Assembly: GCA_017409005.1 (NCBI GenBank)
Contig: JAFQTP010000002.1
Coordinates: 478,497 to 542,496 of the forward strand
Source: Clostridia bacterium
GTDB lineage: Bacteria; Bacillota; Clostridia; Christensenellales; UBA1242
Length of the DNA: 64,000 nt
Reading direction: 5' to 3'
Positions 62,110-64,000 of the stretch are shown one piece after another; position 1 is the first letter of the stretch; each line of letters opens with the position of its first letter. The position numbers and the translations under genes were made by a program. Below the pieces are notes generated by a model. It had not been told where the DNA came from. It saw only the letters and a program-made list of their open reading frames with translations, and made no database searches.

Positions 62110-62907
62110 ATGTTAGTTACTATTGTTAAATATGTTTCGCTTATACTTTGTTCATACTTATTAGGTAGTGTTTTATTTGCAAAAGTTTTATCTAAAACTC
62201 AAAAAGATGACATAACTAAACATGATAGCGGAAATCCTGGAACAATGAATATGCTTAGAACGCACGGAGTTGTTTTTGGAGCATGCACATTTGTGCTAGA
62301 TGCACTTAAAGGAGTAATTGCAGCACTTGCCGGATACTTGTTGTTTGGTGGCTCTGATGGCGGATTGGTTGCTCGTGCAGCAATTTATATTGGTGGAGTT
62401 AGTGCAGTTATTGGACACATGTTTCCAATCTTCTTTAAATTTAAAGGTGGAAAAGGTGTTGCAACCGCAAGTGGTATTGCGTTTGTTGCACATCCAATAA
62501 TTGGTGCAATTTTACTTGCATGTTATATTGTGCTATTGTTAATTATTAGAATTGGAAGTTTAAGCAGTTTGCTTATTGCAATTGCTTATTTAATAGTTGA
62601 CACTGTTATGCTTATAATAGAACAAAACTTTGTTGCATTAATTTTATTATACATTGTTGTGGCACTAATAATTTGGGCGCATAGGTCAAACATTAAAAGG
62701 CTAATTAACAAAAACGAAAACGTGGTAGATTTAAATGCGGCAGTTCAAAAAGATATCGAACGCATTCATGCAAACAAAGAAAAGCGTAAACAAAAATCAA
62801 GTTTAAATAAACAAACTAAAACAGATTTAGAAGCTAATTCAAAATCTGATAATGCTGAAGAAAATAAAACACAAACTTCAGAAATTAATAACACCAAAAC
62901 AGAATAA
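62110..62907 (+). CDS. plsY: glycerol-3-phosphate acyltransferase PlsY with a ~65-aa hydrophilic C-terminal tail
   Basis: DSGNPGTMN and FKFKGGKGVATASG motifs, with 5-6 TM segments. The tail is KEKRKQKSSLNKQTKTDLEANSKSDNAEENKTQTSEINNTKTE. Confidence 0.9.
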   Translation: MLVTIVKYVSLILCSYLLGSVLFAKVLSKTQKDDITKHDSGNPGTMNMLRTHGVVFGACTFVLDALKGVIAALAGYLLFGGSDGGLVARAAIYIGGVSAVIGHMFPIFFKFKGGKGVATASGIAFVAHPIIGAILLACYIVLLLIIRIGSLSSLLIAIAYLIVDTVMLIIEQNFVALILLYIVVALIIWAHRSNIKRLINKNENVVDLNAAVQKDIERIHANKEKRKQKSSLNKQTKTDLEANSKSDNAEENKTQTSEINNTKTE

Positions 62908-62935
62908 GGATTTTAGATTATAATTTAATAAAATT

Positions 62936-62970
62936 AAAGAGAGTTTAATTATGTTAAACTTTCTTTTTTT
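62936..62970 (+). terminator. intrinsic terminator
   Basis: AAAGAGAGTTTAA-TTATG-TTAAACTTTCTTT plus TTTT. Confidence 0.65.
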
Positions 62971-62984
62971 GTTTTACATTGTTT

Positions 62985-63013
62985 GCATAAATTAAAATCT
63001 GCTATCATACACT
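62985..63013 (+). promoter_or_regulatory. candidate sigma-E-type promoter of spoIVA
   Basis: GCATAAA, 14 nt, CATACACT. The -10 matches CATACA-T exactly. It lies 27 nt upstream of ATG 63040, which is preceded by GGAGGG. Confidence 0.5.
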
Positions 63014-63039
63014 TTTGTAATAATACGTTGGAGGGAACT

Positions 63040-64000
63040 ATGAATAGCTACAATATCTATTCCGATATTGCTAAACGCACAAACGGAGATATTTATGTTG
63101 GAGTTGTTGGACCTGTTCGAACAGGTAAATCAACTTTTATTAGAAATGTTTTAAATACATTGGTTATTCCAAACATTACCGATGTTAATTTAAAAGAACG
63201 TGCCATCGACGAAATTCCACAAAGTGGTGATGGTAAAAGTATTATGACTACGCAACCAAAATTTATTCCAAACAATGCAGTGGGCATTACTGTTAATGAA
63301 AACATTAACATGAATGTTAGGTTAATCGATTGTGTTGGTTATTTGGTTGATGGTGCAGTAGGGCACATAGAAGATAACAAGCCGCGCATGGTTAAAACAC
63401 CGTGGAGCAGCACCGACTTGCCATTTGCTGAAGCTGCTGAAATTGGAACCAACAAGGTTATAACCAATCATTCAACAATTGGAGTGTTATTAACAACCGA
63501 TGGAACCATTACTGATTTAGATAGACCAAATTATGTTAAAGCCGAAGAAAAAGTATATTCCGAACTTAAAAAATGTGGCAAGCCATTTGTTGTTGTAATT
63601 AACTCAAAAAATCCTTACTCCGAAACTTGTCAAAAGTTAAAACAAGACTTATCTGAAAAATATTCTACTAATGTTTTAGCTATGGATATTAACAAGTTAA
63701 CTGAAGAAGATATTGGTCAAATTTTTGCAAATGTGTTAGCAGAATTTCCACTTGTAATGATTGATGTAAAAATGCCTAAATGGTTAAGCGCATTGCCGTT
63801 TAATAACAAATATGTGCAAGAAATTGTCAAAAACGTTTCAGAAAGTGTCAACAACAACACTAAAATAGGTGATTTTGATAATGAAATTTCACTATTTCAA
63901 AATAGTGAAAATTTTGAAGAAATTAATCAAGTTTCAGTTTTTGCTGGTGATGGCAGGGTTGAAATTAATGTTGTTCCGAAACCAGAATTATTCTATAAAG
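63040..64000 (+). CDS. spoIVA: stage IV sporulation protein A, N-terminal ~320 aa (3' end lies outside the window)
   Basis: Not in the ORF track because there is no stop in the window. My translation is MNSYNIYSDIAKRTNGDIYVGVVGPVRTGKSTFIRNVL...DEIPQSGDGKSIMTTQPKFIPN...RLIDCVGY. It is collinear with the B. subtilis SpoIVA ATPase domain, including the Walker A motif. Confidence 0.93.
   Translation, partial: MNSYNIYSDIAKRTNGDIYVGVVGPVRTGKSTFIRNVLNTLVIPNITDVNLKERAIDEIPQSGDGKSIMTTQPKFIPNNAVGITVNENINMNVRLIDCVGYLVDGAVGHIEDNKPRMVKTPWSSTDLPFAEAAEIGTNKVITNHSTIGVLLTTDGTITDLDRPNYVKAEEKVYSELKKCGKPFVVVINSKNPYSETCQKLKQDLSEKYSTNVLAMDINKLTEEDIGQIFANVLAEFPLVMIDVKMPKWLSALPFNNKYVQEIVKNVSESVNNNTKIGDFDNEISLFQNSENFEEINQVSVFAGDGRVEINVVPKPELFYK

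Noticed and set aside
27582-62993. Interpreting every TTTGCATA motif as the -35 box of a sporulation sigma factor (sigma-E kmATATT, or a sigma-F/G GCATA-type).
   Set aside because: - The motif works plausibly only at spoIVA (62985), and perhaps weakly upstream of spoVT (27585).
- The exact copies at 31.7, 46.2 and 57.9 kb sit between convergent genes, with no suitable -10 element and no gene to drive.
- A promoter role therefore cannot explain the family.
1-64000. An alternative genetic code (TGA = Trp, as in Mollicutes), considered because of the low G+C and the long AT-rich genes.
   Set aside because: All conserved genes are full-length under code 11. TGA also functions as a stop, for example at 59528-59530, where it overlaps the spoIIP start.

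Overview
AT-rich (about one-third G+C by eye), densely coded chromosomal segment from an endospore-forming Firmicute. The Clostridia-like assignment rests on rpsD lying inside the alpha operon, the der-plsY-spoIVA order, and the presence of spoVT, spoIIP, ylmC/ymxH and a SleL/YaaH-like gene. Standard code 11 applies, and TGA is used as a stop (e.g. 59528-59530).

- **1-13.5 kb:** a complete, collinear spc/alpha ribosomal-protein cluster (rplB ... rplO-secY-adk-map-infA-rpmJ-rpsM-rpsK-rpsD-rpoA-rplQ). L24 and L30 carry unusual Lys/Thr/Ala-rich extensions.
- **13.6-27.5 kb:** a surface-protein locus with a 1083-aa Ig-repeat lipoprotein, a 3077-aa N-terminally anchored giant protein and a DUF975 membrane protein.
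- **27.6-44.5 kb:** spoVT, a YabM/SpoVB-type flippase, two HU genes, dusB, PFOR (minus strand), truA, a pair of paralogous unknown envelope proteins, a long GluRS-family synthetase, an ABC-F ATPase, and a type III glutamine synthetase (minus strand) with a terminator-containing leader.
- **44.8-50.4 kb:** looks accessory. It holds an orphan membrane protein, HIT, NUDIX, a small XRE regulator, a 25-cysteine metallothionein-like protein, two orphan promoter-terminator units without SD-led ORFs, a stand-alone tRNA-Ala/tRNA-Ile pair, and a HAD-like/flavodoxin-like/nucleoside-deoxyribosyltransferase-like trio.
- **50.6-64 kb:** two-subunit aconitase X, ttcA, a LysM-GH18 cortex-lytic-like enzyme, a DUF1538 plus 2x PII-like operon, an HD protein, nrdR, ylmC/ymxH, spoIIP, der, plsY and the 5' part of spoIVA.

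No rRNA, CRISPR array, transposase or integrase was seen.

The observations I consider most worth follow-up are:
1. A 12-mer, TTTGCATA[A/G]TAG, sits 3-5 nt (up to about 11 nt for the degenerate copies) after the T-tract of intrinsic terminators. One 25-nt tandem version is repeated exactly, in inverted orientation, at two loci 18.6 kb apart.
2. The Cys-rich protein.
3. The orphan transcription units beside the tRNAs.
4. The giant surface-protein locus.
5. The DUF1538/PII operon.
6. The glnN leader attenuator.
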